Origin: the human T2T-CHM13v2.0 reference genome, Homo sapiens | Reading direction: 5' to 3' (one strand) | NCBI RefSeq assembly: GCF_009914755.1 | Contig: NC_060944.1 | Length of the DNA: 64,000 nucleotides | In this document: positions 1-14,322 of the stretch, piece by piece | How the letters are laid out: each line of letters starts with the position of its first letter | Numbering within the stretch: position 1 is the first letter of the stretch | Notes under the pieces: model-generated | Databases searched by the model: none | What the model was told of the DNA's origin: nothing | Seen by the model: only the letters and a program-made list of their open reading frames with translations | Made by a program: the position numbers and the translations under genes

Positions 1-237
1 ATCCCATCATATTTACAGGTCCTCAAGGAGAGAGAATTATACAGGTTGTATATATAGGGCAGAAATCTTGCAGGCCATCTTAGAATTCTGTCTACTCCCC
101 AAACAACATAGCAAATCATAAGTAGGGGAGATGTGTTTCACTTGTAGGCCTTCCCACACCCCATGCAGGCATTGTCCCATGGTTTTGCTACCTCTGAAGA
201 TTGGCAAGATCATGAACAAAAAGTGGGCCCATGCCTG

Positions 238-310
238 GCTTCTGTAATGTAGTGGTTATCACATTCGCCTCACACATGAAAGGTCACCAGTTTGAGACCG
301 GGCCAAAACA
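238..310 (+). pseudogene. Degenerate tRNA-Val(CAC) copy
   Basis: The 73-nt GCTTCTGTAATGTAGTGGTTATCACATTCGCCT-CAC-ACATGAAAGGTCACCAGTTTGAGACCGGGCCAAAACA aligns with human tRNA-Val-CAC; anticodon at 271-273. About six CpG->TpG/CpA changes, including B-box GTTCGA->GTTTGA; acceptor stem mispaired. Confidence 0.9.
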
Positions 311-369
311 CGAGATTTTCCCCCTAAATTTAGTGAGTTTAATCGAGGTTGGAAACAAACAGAAAACTA

Positions 370-756
<387 letters not shown>

Positions 757-827
757 TTATCAGAAATAACCAGAGTTGGCTCTCCAGACAGATAAAGCCC
801 TAGTCGAGGTTGACCACTGATGGGGCT

Positions 828-1608
<781 letters not shown>

Positions 1609-1783
1609 TAAACTAATACTTTACCCAAAAAGATGGCACTGATGATGAGAACACCATATATTGAGCACTTATTGTGTGCTAAGCTCTGACTTGCCTCCCT
1701 ATAGGCTGTTGGATCACAAGGTAACAGCTGGTAAAAGCTGAAACCCAAACCCAGAGGTCCTGACTCAGTCTCACACCATCCAA

Positions 1784-1989
1784 AGCAGCCCTAACAGGAA
1801 TTTCTACAACTGGAAATGTTCTGTGTCTGCACCACCTGATACAGTAGCCACTAGCCACATGTGGCTGTTGAGCACTTAAAACAAGGCTAGTGCAACTAAG
1901 AAGCAGAATTTTTATTTTTACAATTATAATTAATTTAAATTTATAATATAGCCACAGTTCCCAGTGGCTACCATAGTGGTCAGCACAGA
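1784..1989. mobile_element. MER3 (hAT-Charlie) DNA transposon relic
   Basis: Matches the MER3 core GTAGCCACTAGCCACATGTGGCTGTTGAGCACTT...AT-rich...TAGCCACA...GTGGCTACC. Confidence 0.8.
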
Positions 1990-2200
1990 TCTAACAGATG
2001 TGAGGGCCTTCTACAAGACACAAGTTAGGAGAACAGAGACCCACTCAACCTCATGGGACTCAGAAAAACAGTGTGGCAAAGTCTCAGGAGAGATTTAAGC
2101 TGCCACGAGATTTAAGACCAGAATCACTGGTTCAGAGGGGGTTTGCAGGGGCATGAACAGCCCCCAGTGAGGGAGCCTTGGGTGATATAAACCCCTTGAT

Positions 2201-2420
2201 AGGCAGTGCAGTTGTTAGCACTCTAGAGCCCGACTGCCGGGGTTCAAATCTCACCTCTACAACTGGTAAGCTGTGTAGCTTTGAGCAAGGTATTTAACCT
2301 CTTAGATGCAGTTTCCCTATCTGTCAAATGGGGTTACTAATAGCACCTACTCTGTGGAGATCTGACAATTAAATGGGATCTGGTATAAAGCCCTAAGAAT
2401 GGGTTCCTGGCCACATGGTG
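2201..2420 (+). mobile_element. MIR
   Basis: MIR core GGGTTCAAATC...TTGAGCAAGGTATTTAACCTC...CAGTTTCCCTATCTGTCAAATGGGG. Confidence 0.8.
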
Positions 2421-3181
2421 TGTATGGGAGGGTTTGCTCCAACTACCACCAATTCCTGTTTGCGTCCTTTCCCCAACCCCAGCAAAGTACTGGGCAACAT
2501 GGTGCCAAAGGAAGATCACCAATGTCCAAGGACCTGAAATTAAGGTTCGACTCTCCAGACACACTAGGGGCAGGTTGCCCTCTTGGTAACAAGGATCTTA
2601 CCCACCTCACAGGGTTGTTATAGTGGTCAAGAAAGATGGCCCATGCTATTTCCGGAGACTGCCAGCCAGCCTGGCTGCAGCAGTGGCCTGAGTGAAGCAG
2701 GCGGAGACAGTGGTGCGGAGAGCCCACATCTAGATGGGTGCCTGCCGCTCAGCAGCTCTCTTGTTGCCATGCAGGCTGACAGTTGCCAATTTTTTTTATT
2801 TCTTTTTCCCAAGAAAAGTGAGAAATCTGGATTTTTATGAGAAACCTCCTGATTTCTATGGATGGCAACTGACGCAAAGATTTTTGTGTTTGCTATTTAA
2901 ACACAGTGCCACCTAAACAAAACCTTGAAGTAGGGGTGATATGCTGCATAGGCCATCAGGGTGCATGTTCTGAAGTCTTCCCTCTTCTCTAGGCCCCTTC
3001 CTGCCTTCTTACCTCTCTGCCCCCACCCTCTGCCCACCCCCGGCATGTCTGGCACCCCGTAGGGGATTTGGTCCGGGGAGTTTCTTCATGCTCCACTGAG
3101 ATCAAGGGGATACAGAGCCCAAAAAGGATGACTTGTTATGAACGAAAATGACAGAGGCAAGCAGTTTAGAAAGTACCAGGT

Positions 3182-3187
3182 TTTATT
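3182..3187 (-). terminator. SDC4: SDC4 polyadenylation signal AATAAA
   Basis: TTTATT on the plus strand, followed by U/GU-rich sequence downstream on the minus strand. Confidence 0.85.
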
Positions 3188-3585
3188 ATCTTTTTATCAA
3201 AAAAAATCAGTAACAGACAACAGTGTGAGAGGTGCCTACAGAGGAGGTGCTCACTCCAACACAGCCCAAGGGGAAGGGCACTGGGGGCAGAAGAGGACCC
3301 AGCCAGCTGGGACCCTGGGTTGCAGTGGTGACGGGAGCTAATGGCCACTGGTGCAGCAAGGGAGGGTGGTTCCCCTCACCGCAGCCACTGGGGTCAGGAG
3401 GAGACACGACCTGCCCAGGCTAAGCCACCAGGCCTCCCCTCTCAGGAGAGGGAGGGTCCCAGACAACAGGCCCCAGCTGGGGCCTCATCAGCCCTCCCCC
3501 ATTCCCCCCCCCCTACCCAGGGAGACAAGGGTCGTCCCAGCACAGCTGAGGCTGTGACTCGTTAAGCCAGTTTAGTTCTCTAGAA

Positions 3586-3762
3586 TAGTGCTGTCCAACA
3601 GATGGACATGCTCTCGCTGTCAGTACAGTAGCCATGAACTACATACAGTGACGCCTCTAGAAACGTGGTTAGTGCAACTGAGGAAGGAATTTTTAATCTT
3701 ATGTGATTTTAATTGGCTTAACTTTAAACAGCCGCATGTGGTTACTGTATTGGATAGCACAG
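3586..3762. mobile_element. MER3 inside the SDC4 3' UTR
   Basis: Termini TAGTGCTGTCCAA...TTGGATAGCACAG, with hAT-type 8-bp flanks CTCTAGAA (3578-3585) and CCCTAGAG (3763-3770). Confidence 0.75.
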
Positions 3763-4260
3763 CCCTAGAGCCTGAAGAAAGCAAACCAAAGAACACCAGC
3801 TGGGTCCCAAACAGAAGGCAGAAAGGGTAGAACCATCCACCTCAACTATTCCAGCCCCATCAGAAGGCACCAGGAACAGGGCAAGAGAAAAAGGCAAAAA
3901 CCCACCCAGCCACATGAAAATTCACTCACTCAACCACCCAGCAACATCAAACTGGAAACACCACACTATTTCCTGAAAAAAATATATTTATCTATTTTTC
4001 TAGAACCAAGGAAGAATAATAATATATTATAAGAACACAGACACAAATATCCCACCATCCCCTTCATTATATTTTGGGATCTGCTAAAAAAAAACTATGT
4101 TTCGGCAAAAGCTATTTTATAAGAGGAAGCAGCTTCAGAAAGGGCCAAGGCCATGAGGAGCGGGGTTTAAAGTATAAAAAAAAAACTGGGGAAGGGGTTT
4201 AATGAAAGAGAACAAAGAAAGAAGAGGGGAAGGGAGGCCCTATCTAAAGCTATAAATAGT

Positions 4261-4292
<32 letters not shown>

Positions 4293-5140
4293 AATCATCT
4301 CTCCGGCTCTTCTCTCATTTTCAAGAAACAAACAAAAACAAAAACAAAAACCATTAAATACAAACTTAGCAGGTGCTGTGGAAATGTGCGAGAGAATGAA
4401 GACACCTCGGCACCTCCACACTCTTGCCCAGGCAGAGATATACACTCTGCACAAAGGAATGAACAGTTAAAAAAACGAACAAACACTAAAAATAGATTTA
4501 CAAATATTCTATAAATCCATTTCAGCATAAACTCTCAGCTCTTTTCCCCATCCTCCCCCCCAAATAAAAAAGGTTGATTTCCAAAAGTCACTTGAAAGAG
4601 CCTAGAATGGCCCCAGGTATATACCACAGAGATTCCCGTAGTGTGATCACAAGTACCCATTTACAGAAACATCTCAAGGTGCAGGTGGTTCTAGTTCCTT
4701 CCCCCATTTCCTGGCAGAGAGACCGGCTGTGAAAGGAAGGGAGGAAGGCCACTGGGGGAGGACCTCCAGCCAGGACTCCACACAACATCCGTTAGCCCCC
4801 TGGCTTCAGAGGAGCTCTGGATGAGGCATGGTCAGTATGGGCTTGAGGGCGGACCTAGATTCTTAACTGGAAGTTTAAGAAGTGATCCAATCCCAGTCTT
4901 GCCTTCAGAAAGGCCAAGTTGAATCCATTTTTCTGCCAGGGCAACTGAGGCCCAAAGCTCAAGAAGAACCTGGCAGAACAGTAGAAGACAATGTCTCTTC
5001 TGAACACTTCAAAGGTAATCAGAGCTGGAGATACTGACAAGTCAGTATTAGGTTGACCTCACCCTACCCTAATGTCCACCCTTCAAAATCCCCTGGCTTC
5101 CCTCCCCGCTAAAGTCCAAGCCAGTGCCCACAAGCAAGCT

Positions 5141-5292
5141 TCACGCGTAGAACTCATTGGTGGGGGCTTTCTTGTAGATGGGTTTCTTGCCCAGGTCATA
5201 GCTGCCTTCATCCTTCTTCTTCATACGGTACATGAGCAGTAGGATCAGGAAGACGGCAAAGAGGATGCCCACGATGCCACCCACAATCAGAG
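5141..5292 (-). CDS. SDC4: Syndecan-4 exon 5 (transmembrane and cytoplasmic domains, PDZ motif EFYA)
   Basis: Encodes (A)[49 protein letters not shown]; AG acceptor 5293-5294; TGA 5141-5143. Confidence 0.99.
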
Positions 5293-5467
5293 CTGGAGAG
5301 GAGGAGAGAGAAGAGGCGGGGGTGAGAGCTCCTCATCAGGACCTAAGGATGAACCCCTCTTTCCCCCACTGTCAGTTCTCTTACAACCAGACATCCTCAC
5401 CATCACCACTGCCTGTGCCAGGCAAGCTGATGCCTTATTTAAGTTGACCTCATGACCCCAGTTATAA

Positions 5468-5811
<344 letters not shown>

Positions 5812-8242
5812 AAGGCCACTATTTTAACCCACATCTGCCTGAATCTAAAGCCTAGGCTCTTTCCAAACACCACGCGGACTCCCCTGCAACAGTCTAGCAC
5901 TAACTGAACCAGGAACAGGAGAAAACCGTAGGCTATGGAAATCCCTGTAGACATATTTATCCTGCAGTCCTTAGCACAGGGCACTCTCTAGCTCTCCCTG
6001 TGTGCATATTTACCTATATAGCCTACACTTCATAGACAGGTATGTACATTCAAAGTGCACACATGCAGAACATACTAATTCCAAACTCTTATGTTACAAT
6101 TACATACAGAACTCAGTAGCTAAGGCCTGGTTTCCACTCCTACCTCTCCTACTTCCTGGCTGTGTGATTTGGGGCAAGTTTCCTTCATCTCCCTACCGCA
6201 AAATGGGAAGAGCCATACCTTTCTCATACATTTGTCCTAAGGATTAAATAAATTAATCCACTCAAAGTGCTTAGAACAATGCCTAGTGCATAGCATATTC
6301 TCAAGATTCATTAACTGTAAGGGTTTAAGGTTTATATCTGTGTCCCGAACCCCCTGAATCAGGTGTGCACAACAGGAGGTGCTTAATAAATGATACTTTC
6401 AGGCTCCGAGAGGAGAACCTGCCTAGTGTTGGGCAGAGATGGGCTTCTAACAGTGAGTGGGTCTGGCCTGTCCACTCTGCCAGGTGGCCTGAATGACTCA
6501 TTCCTGTTTGCTAGGGGCAGGGATGCTTCATAGAATCCCTTCTGTGGCAGATTGAGTTCCCTAATTCGGTCTTACTCGGGCTAAGAAGATTAATTTTCCA
6601 TCCCTGCACACACTACAAATCTATGTACACAATGGGGACAGAGTGGCACAGAGGAGTCAAGCAAGGTTCTTTCTTGGGTAAAATCCTATGAAAAAGCAAC
6701 AAAAAAGTACCCCCAGGAGGTGCCAGAGCAAGCACATGGAATATCAGGCATCAACCCCATTCTTGTCTCTATCACCTTTCCCTCTGATGACCCCAGTTCC
6801 TCCACGAGGCCCTGGGTCTGCGCTGGGATGCCCCACAGGGTCAAGTTTCAAGCACAGGCTCAGAAGCTGACTGTGGTCCTCAGTCCAAATGCCAGGTCTG
6901 CCACTTCCAGCTTTGTGACTTCGGATAAGTTCTTTAGACTGAGTTTTGTGTTGTACGGACTCAATCAGGGGCACAGGAATCATACAGCATACAGCAAGCA
7001 TTTAATAAGGCTCCTGGGTGCTGATTAAAGCTTCTGGAATGGGGGATTCCACCACACCAGCTAACAATATAACTTTTCACATGAGGCTCTTAGGCTTGTA
7101 TAATTCTCAAATGGAAGATTAAAGAGATAACCTGGCTTCAGTTCTTTTCTTACTATGTGGCCTAAAGCCTGGGCCTCAGTCTCCCCATGTATAAGAAGCA
7201 GGTGCTTAGATTAATCAGTGGTTTTCAAATTTTTCTTTAGAAGCAATAGCACCTTTAGTTAATTAGAGCAAAACCTTATGCAAATCCAAAGTCTTATGCA
7301 AATCTTTTTACTTCTGAAAGAAAAGTAAAAAGAACTTTGGCTCAGATACCAGGAAGCCAGGGTCAGGGCTGAGGTGGGCCCAGTCATCAGGGGCTGTGCT
7401 CCCAGGAACCCTCTTTACAAGAGGCAGGTGAGACCTTCCATCTGTCCTGGATGAAGCCAGGCTCTGTCCCTATAGCTCAAGCCTCCTTGGAGCTGCTGGC
7501 TCTGTTGATTCCCAGGAGACAGGAGTTACCCAGCATGGGCCCAGGGTGCCCACTTGCCAGGCCGGTTCATCCAGGCTGGCCCTCGGCCATGACCTTGGGG
7601 AGTTCCCTCCATCCCTTTTGTCAACACCTGGGACAAAGCATTCCTCACCGCACATTCCAGTAAAGAACTCTCAACTGAGGCCAAATCGGAATAGCCCTTT
7701 ATAGTGTGCAAAGTTATTTCATATTTTATTTTTCATGGACTCATTATATCAACCCCAGAAGGTATCACTGTACCCATTTTACAGATAAGGAAACTGAGGC
7801 TCATCAAGTTCGAAAGCTTCTCAGCCAAGGTCACAAGGCTGCCAAGTGATAGAGTAGGGGGAGGGGAAGCTAACCCAATTCGAAGGAGCCTCCAGACTTA
7901 CAAGGGAAATTAACTTTTAATGATTAACTCCCAGATGCCAAACTTATACAGTGAAAGTCCTTTGCAAAATAAATGAGAAAGACTTAAGGCAGAAGAATGA
8001 CTCAATGCCTATTTTCCAGAAGACTTTGATAGGTGCTTTTTCCTCTCCCTCCACCAGGCTGCACAGTCAGAGCCACCCCATAAGGAAGGTGTAGTCTTTC
8101 AATGTTCTAGGGCAACCTGAATAGGCAAAAGGAAGGGGCACCAAGGAGCCTCATGGCTGGAGGCATCCCTGCCTGCAGGTGCTCTCCCCCGCTGAGCCCC
8201 ATTCCACCTTCAAGGCATCTTATAAGCAGCATGGGGACTTAC

Positions 8243-8441
8243 CTGCCAGGACCTCCGTTCTCTCAAAGATGTTGCTGCCCTGCACAGTGCTGGACATTGA
8301 CACCTTGTTGGACACATCCTCACTCTCTTCAACGGGTGAGATTCTCTTGGGGATAACCTCATTCTCCTCTAGTTTCTTGGGTTCGGTGGGGACTTGGCTC
8401 CCAGACCCTGCCCTCTCAGGGATATGGTTATCTAGAGGCAC
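8243..8441 (-). CDS. SDC4: Syndecan-4 exon 4
   Basis: 199 nt encoding VPLDNHIPERAGSGSQ...NIFERTEVLA; AG at 8442-8443; GTAAGT donor at 8242. Confidence 0.99.
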
Positions 8442-8847
8442 CTGGATGGGCGGAAAGGAGAAGAGACACTCAGCGTATTTTGGAAGAGACTCAGGGCAGG
8501 GGACAGGGACATTCAGCCAGGCAGAGAATCTGGTTCTGCCATATTCAGCTGAACCATATGGTCCTGGAGCAGGAATTGGCAACACTGTCTCCACAATTAT
8601 GCTGCCAAAATCCTTATCCCCAACTTTTTTAGTATATCTGTCCCAAATGAAAAATGAATGCACCCAAGGGAACAGGGAAGCAGGTGCTCTCCTGCACTGC
8701 TGGCCACTGGTTATTCTAGAGCAACCACTCTGGAAGCAATTTGGCAAAACCTTAGACATCGCTTGCCCTTTAAGGTGGCAGTTTTGCCCTGGAAACTCTA
8801 TTGTAAGGAGCTCTTCAGAGACTACGTGTAAAAGATGCTTGCTGCAG

Positions 8848-9849
8848 CTCCTCTGCCTATGAAGTAGCCATTCTTTTATTCCTTTACTGTCTTAATAAAC
8901 TTGCTTTCACTTTACTCTATGGACTCACCCTGAATTCTACCTTGTGCAAGATCCAAGAACCCTCTCCCTTGGGGTCTGGATCGGGACCCCTTTCTGGTAA
9001 CATCTTTCTGGAGAACCACAGAAGGGATGAGACGGAGGAGACTCCCGAATCAAAGGAAATGGACTGCAGCACTGATTGGAGGACTTTGGATATCACCTTT
9101 TGTCAGAACTAAGAGTTATGAATGGCCCTCACCATACTGGCCCTTTCTGACTGAACCCCTCTCTACCATGGATACAAGAGGCCCTAATAGTTAAGCAGGA
9201 ATATCATCACCCTATTCAGCATGAAGAAGTTATAGAAGATGGATCTTTGTCCCTCTGCAACCCTTAGGATTAAGGGTTTTCTTACAAAAGGGAGGGGGAA
9301 AATGTCAGGTGTTTGAACCAGAGTGCCTACATCTTGAATAGGGGCTGGGTAAAATAAGGCTGAGACCTGCTGGGCCGCATTCCCAGTAAGTTAAGCATCC
9401 TACGTAACAGAATGAGATAGGAGGTCTGCACAAGATACAGGTCATAAAGACCTTGCTGATAAAACAGGTTGCAATAAAGAAGCTTGCCAAAAACCACCAA
9501 AAACAGGATGGCAATGAAACTGTTGGTCTCACTGCTCATTATATGCTAATTATACTACATTAGCATGCTAAGAGACACTCCCATCAGTGCCATGGCAATT
9601 TACAAATGCCCTGGCAAAGTCAGGAAGTTACTCTATATGGTCTAAAAAGGGGAGGAGCCCCTAGTTCTGGGAATTGCCCACCCCTTTGTTGGAAAACTCA
9701 TGAATAATCTACCCCTTGCTTAACATATAATCAAGAAATAACCATAAAAATGGGCAACCAGCAGCCAATGCCACTGCTCTACCTATGGAGTAGCCATTCT
9801 TTTATTCCTTTACTTTCTTAATAAACTTGTTATTGCTTTGCAAAAATAA
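8848..9849 (+). mobile_element. MER41-family ERV1 sequence in processed-RNA arrangement (R-U5-internal-PPT-U3-R-polyA)
   Basis: LTR 3' part at 8848-9002 ends ...TGGTAACA. LTR 5' part starts TGTCAGGTGTTTGAACCAGAG at 9303. R region repeated at both ends. 18-bp TSD. Confidence 0.85.
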
Positions 9850-10021
9850 AAAAGATGTTTGCTGCAGTGTTATAATTTTAAAATGTTAACAAATTATAAG
9901 CCATTTTTCCGTCAATAAAGGGAATCAGGTAAACTATTACGCAGCCTATAAAAATGACAAGAGCATTAAATTATGCAGGGAAATACTCATGACCAGTCTA
10001 AGTGAAAAACGCAGTTCATAG

Positions 10022-10362
<341 letters not shown>

Positions 10363-10384
10363 TAGGAAATAGCTATAAATGTAG

Positions 10385-10792
<408 letters not shown>

Positions 10793-10899
10793 TAAGACCC
10801 CTCACTTATTCTGCCTATGGGGGCTGTATTTTCTGCCTCTCCCAATAGGTCTGCTATAGAGGAGCAAAGTGGAAGAGGCAGAAGCATGTAGCTACTTAC

Positions 10900-10946
10900 C
10901 AAGGGATGGACAACTTCAGGGCCGATCATGGAGTCTTCCAAGTCAT
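10900..10946 (-). CDS. SDC4: Syndecan-4 exon 3
   Basis: 47 nt encoding (D)DLEDSMIGPEVVHPL; AG at 10947-10948; GTAAGT donor. Confidence 0.99.
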
Positions 10947-11262
10947 CTGTAAGGTCAGAATAGCTGTGTGAGTGAGGTCCATTACCCCAGGAAAATGACC
11001 CCTTCAGCCAGGACTGGTGGGAGCTCCACCTTACAACCAGCTTCCAAATGCTCAATGTCCAGCAAGCGAGCTTCCCCACCCCTACTTCAGTCATCTCATC
11101 TGTAAAATGGGGCTCCTCAGACCCACCCCCTGGCTCTTTCACAGGAATGTGTGAGCTGGCAGCTGGGCAGAGGCTTCATCAGCTCTAAACCCTTGCTCTG
11201 CAAAGTGTGGATCCAAAAACCAATAGCAACACCTGAGAGCTGGTTAGAAATGTAGAATTTCA

Positions 11263-11622
<360 letters not shown>

Positions 11623-11824
11623 TCATTAACATCTTTCCATTACAATGCTTAAAGAGTTACATTATTATTTTAATTACTTCTATTCAATGAATTTCATTTA
11701 TTTTCAATAGTCTCTTACTGTTGAATGTTTAAAATGTTCTTATCTAAAAATATTGTCATGATCAGAAAACATTAAAGCTAATATTTCACTTATTTAAAAA
11801 GAGTAAAAATAATTCATTGGTTAA

Positions 11825-12173
<349 letters not shown>

Positions 12174-12302
12174 AAAATCTACATTTTAACAAGATCCCCA
12201 GGGAATTAACTTTTGAGAAAGAAAACTCTAACTGCAATATTAAAACATTTCCTGGGCGACTATGTGAGATGATGGATATATTACTTAACTCCACTGTAGT
12301 AA

Positions 12303-12663
<361 letters not shown>

Positions 12664-13055
12664 ATAAAATTTATTTTTTTTTTAAACCAAACACACACGT
12701 ACTGAGTGCTTGGTAGGTGCCAAAAGCTTTAAGTCAGTTCAGTCCCCACAACACTGATGTACTATCTTTATTATTCCCATTTTACAGATTAGAAAACTGA
12801 AGCTCAGTTCACACAGGATGGAGGCTTGAACTCAGGACCATGTGACTCCAAAGCTAAAACTTGCAAAGCTAAAACTTGCAATCATTAACACCTCTCTGCA
12901 CATAGGAGGGACACTTATTAGCTGTCTGGCCTAGAGGCCTTGGGCCCTTCACCCGCCCCCACCCCCACTGAAGCAGGGACTTGTTCTTGGTTTCCCAACT
13001 ACATCTCTGCCCACTCATGCCCCCTCCCACCCCATCCCCACTTCTAAGCTGCTAC

Positions 13056-13272
13056 TTTTCCTTTTTTGTTTTGAGACAGGGTCTCACTCTGTCACCCAGG
13101 CTGGAGTGCAGTAGCATGATCTTGGCTCACTGCAGCCCCAACCTCCTAGGCTCAAGGGATCGTCCCACCTCAGCCTCCCAAGTAGCTGGGACTCCTACAG
13201 GTGCATGCCACCACATCCAGCTAATTTTTGTGTTTTTGTAGAGACAAGTTCTCACCATGTGGCCCAGGCTGG
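13056..13272 (-). mobile_element. Partial AluJ
   Basis: Right arm plus part of the left arm. Confidence 0.85.
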
Positions 13273-13658
13273 AACTTTTCCTTTCAAAAAAAGGAAAACA
13301 CTCTATGGGTCCTCCTTCCCCACTCCCACCCTGTCCTGCCACCCATCCTACCCTCACCCCACCCCCACCATGCCCTGCAGAAAAGAGAAGAGCTTATGAG
13401 GACACGTTCAGGCTGGAGCTCAGAAAACCCAGAGCTACCAATGACTTCAAAGCAGCAAACAGCTTGTCCCCAGGGGCTCTCAGGGATGGAATAGGTTAAT
13501 CCATTACTTTTGTTTCCCCTTTTTTTGAGAAGGAAGAAGGGCACTCTAGGAAAAGTCCCACAAAAATCCAAGTCTCAAGGCATGGTCACCCTCCTGGCTG
13601 GTGAAGCCACCACTCCCTCCAGCTTTGTGCCTACGCCTGCCCAGCACACCTTCCGTAC

Positions 13659-13797
13659 CCAGATCTCCAGAGCCAGACAGCTCAAAGTCATCAGATTCCT
13701 GCCCGGGCCCCACTACATCCTCATCGTCTGGTAGGGCTCCGGAGAAGTATCGGCCTTCTAGGAGGTCCTGGGGGTCGATGACCTCAGTCTCTCGGAT
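13659..13797 (-). CDS. SDC4: Syndecan-4 exon 2 (heparan-sulfate Ser-Gly attachment sites)
   Basis: 139 nt encoding IRETEVIDPQDLLEGRYFSGALPDDEDVVGPGQESDDFELSGSGDL; AG at 13798-13799; GT at 13658-13657. Confidence 0.99.
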
Positions 13798-13964
13798 CTA
13801 AGATAAAGAAAGGAGACACATCAGCCAACATCCCCAGTGCTCCATGACAGCTGATGCCCAAAAGCTAGTGAAGTGGGCATTCAGAAACTAGAAAGAGACC
13901 AGGCCAGGGCCTGGAGACCTGCGTCCTGGATCCCACTCTACCTCTAACTCACCGCGTGTCCTTA

Positions 13965-14322
<358 letters not shown>

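Larger units (their letters stand above)
3165..5140 (-). other. SDC4: SDC4 3' UTR (about 2 kb)
   Basis: Runs from the stop codon to about 20 nt past the minus-strand AATAAA at 3182-3187; AU/U-rich tract 3980-4590. Cleavage site approximate. Confidence 0.85.

Noticed and set aside
238-310. Functional tRNA-Val gene
   Set aside because: The B-box and stems are damaged by CpG decay, so it is treated as a pseudogene.
8179-8862. 227-aa plus-strand ORF
   Set aside because: GTG start, antisense shadow of SDC4 exon 4, runs into L1 and LTR sequence, no recognisable protein.
8848-9849. Ordinary solo LTR or internally deleted provirus
   Set aside because: It lacks the 5' U3 and 3' U5, and has an A-tail and an 18-bp TSD, which does not fit integrase-mediated insertion.
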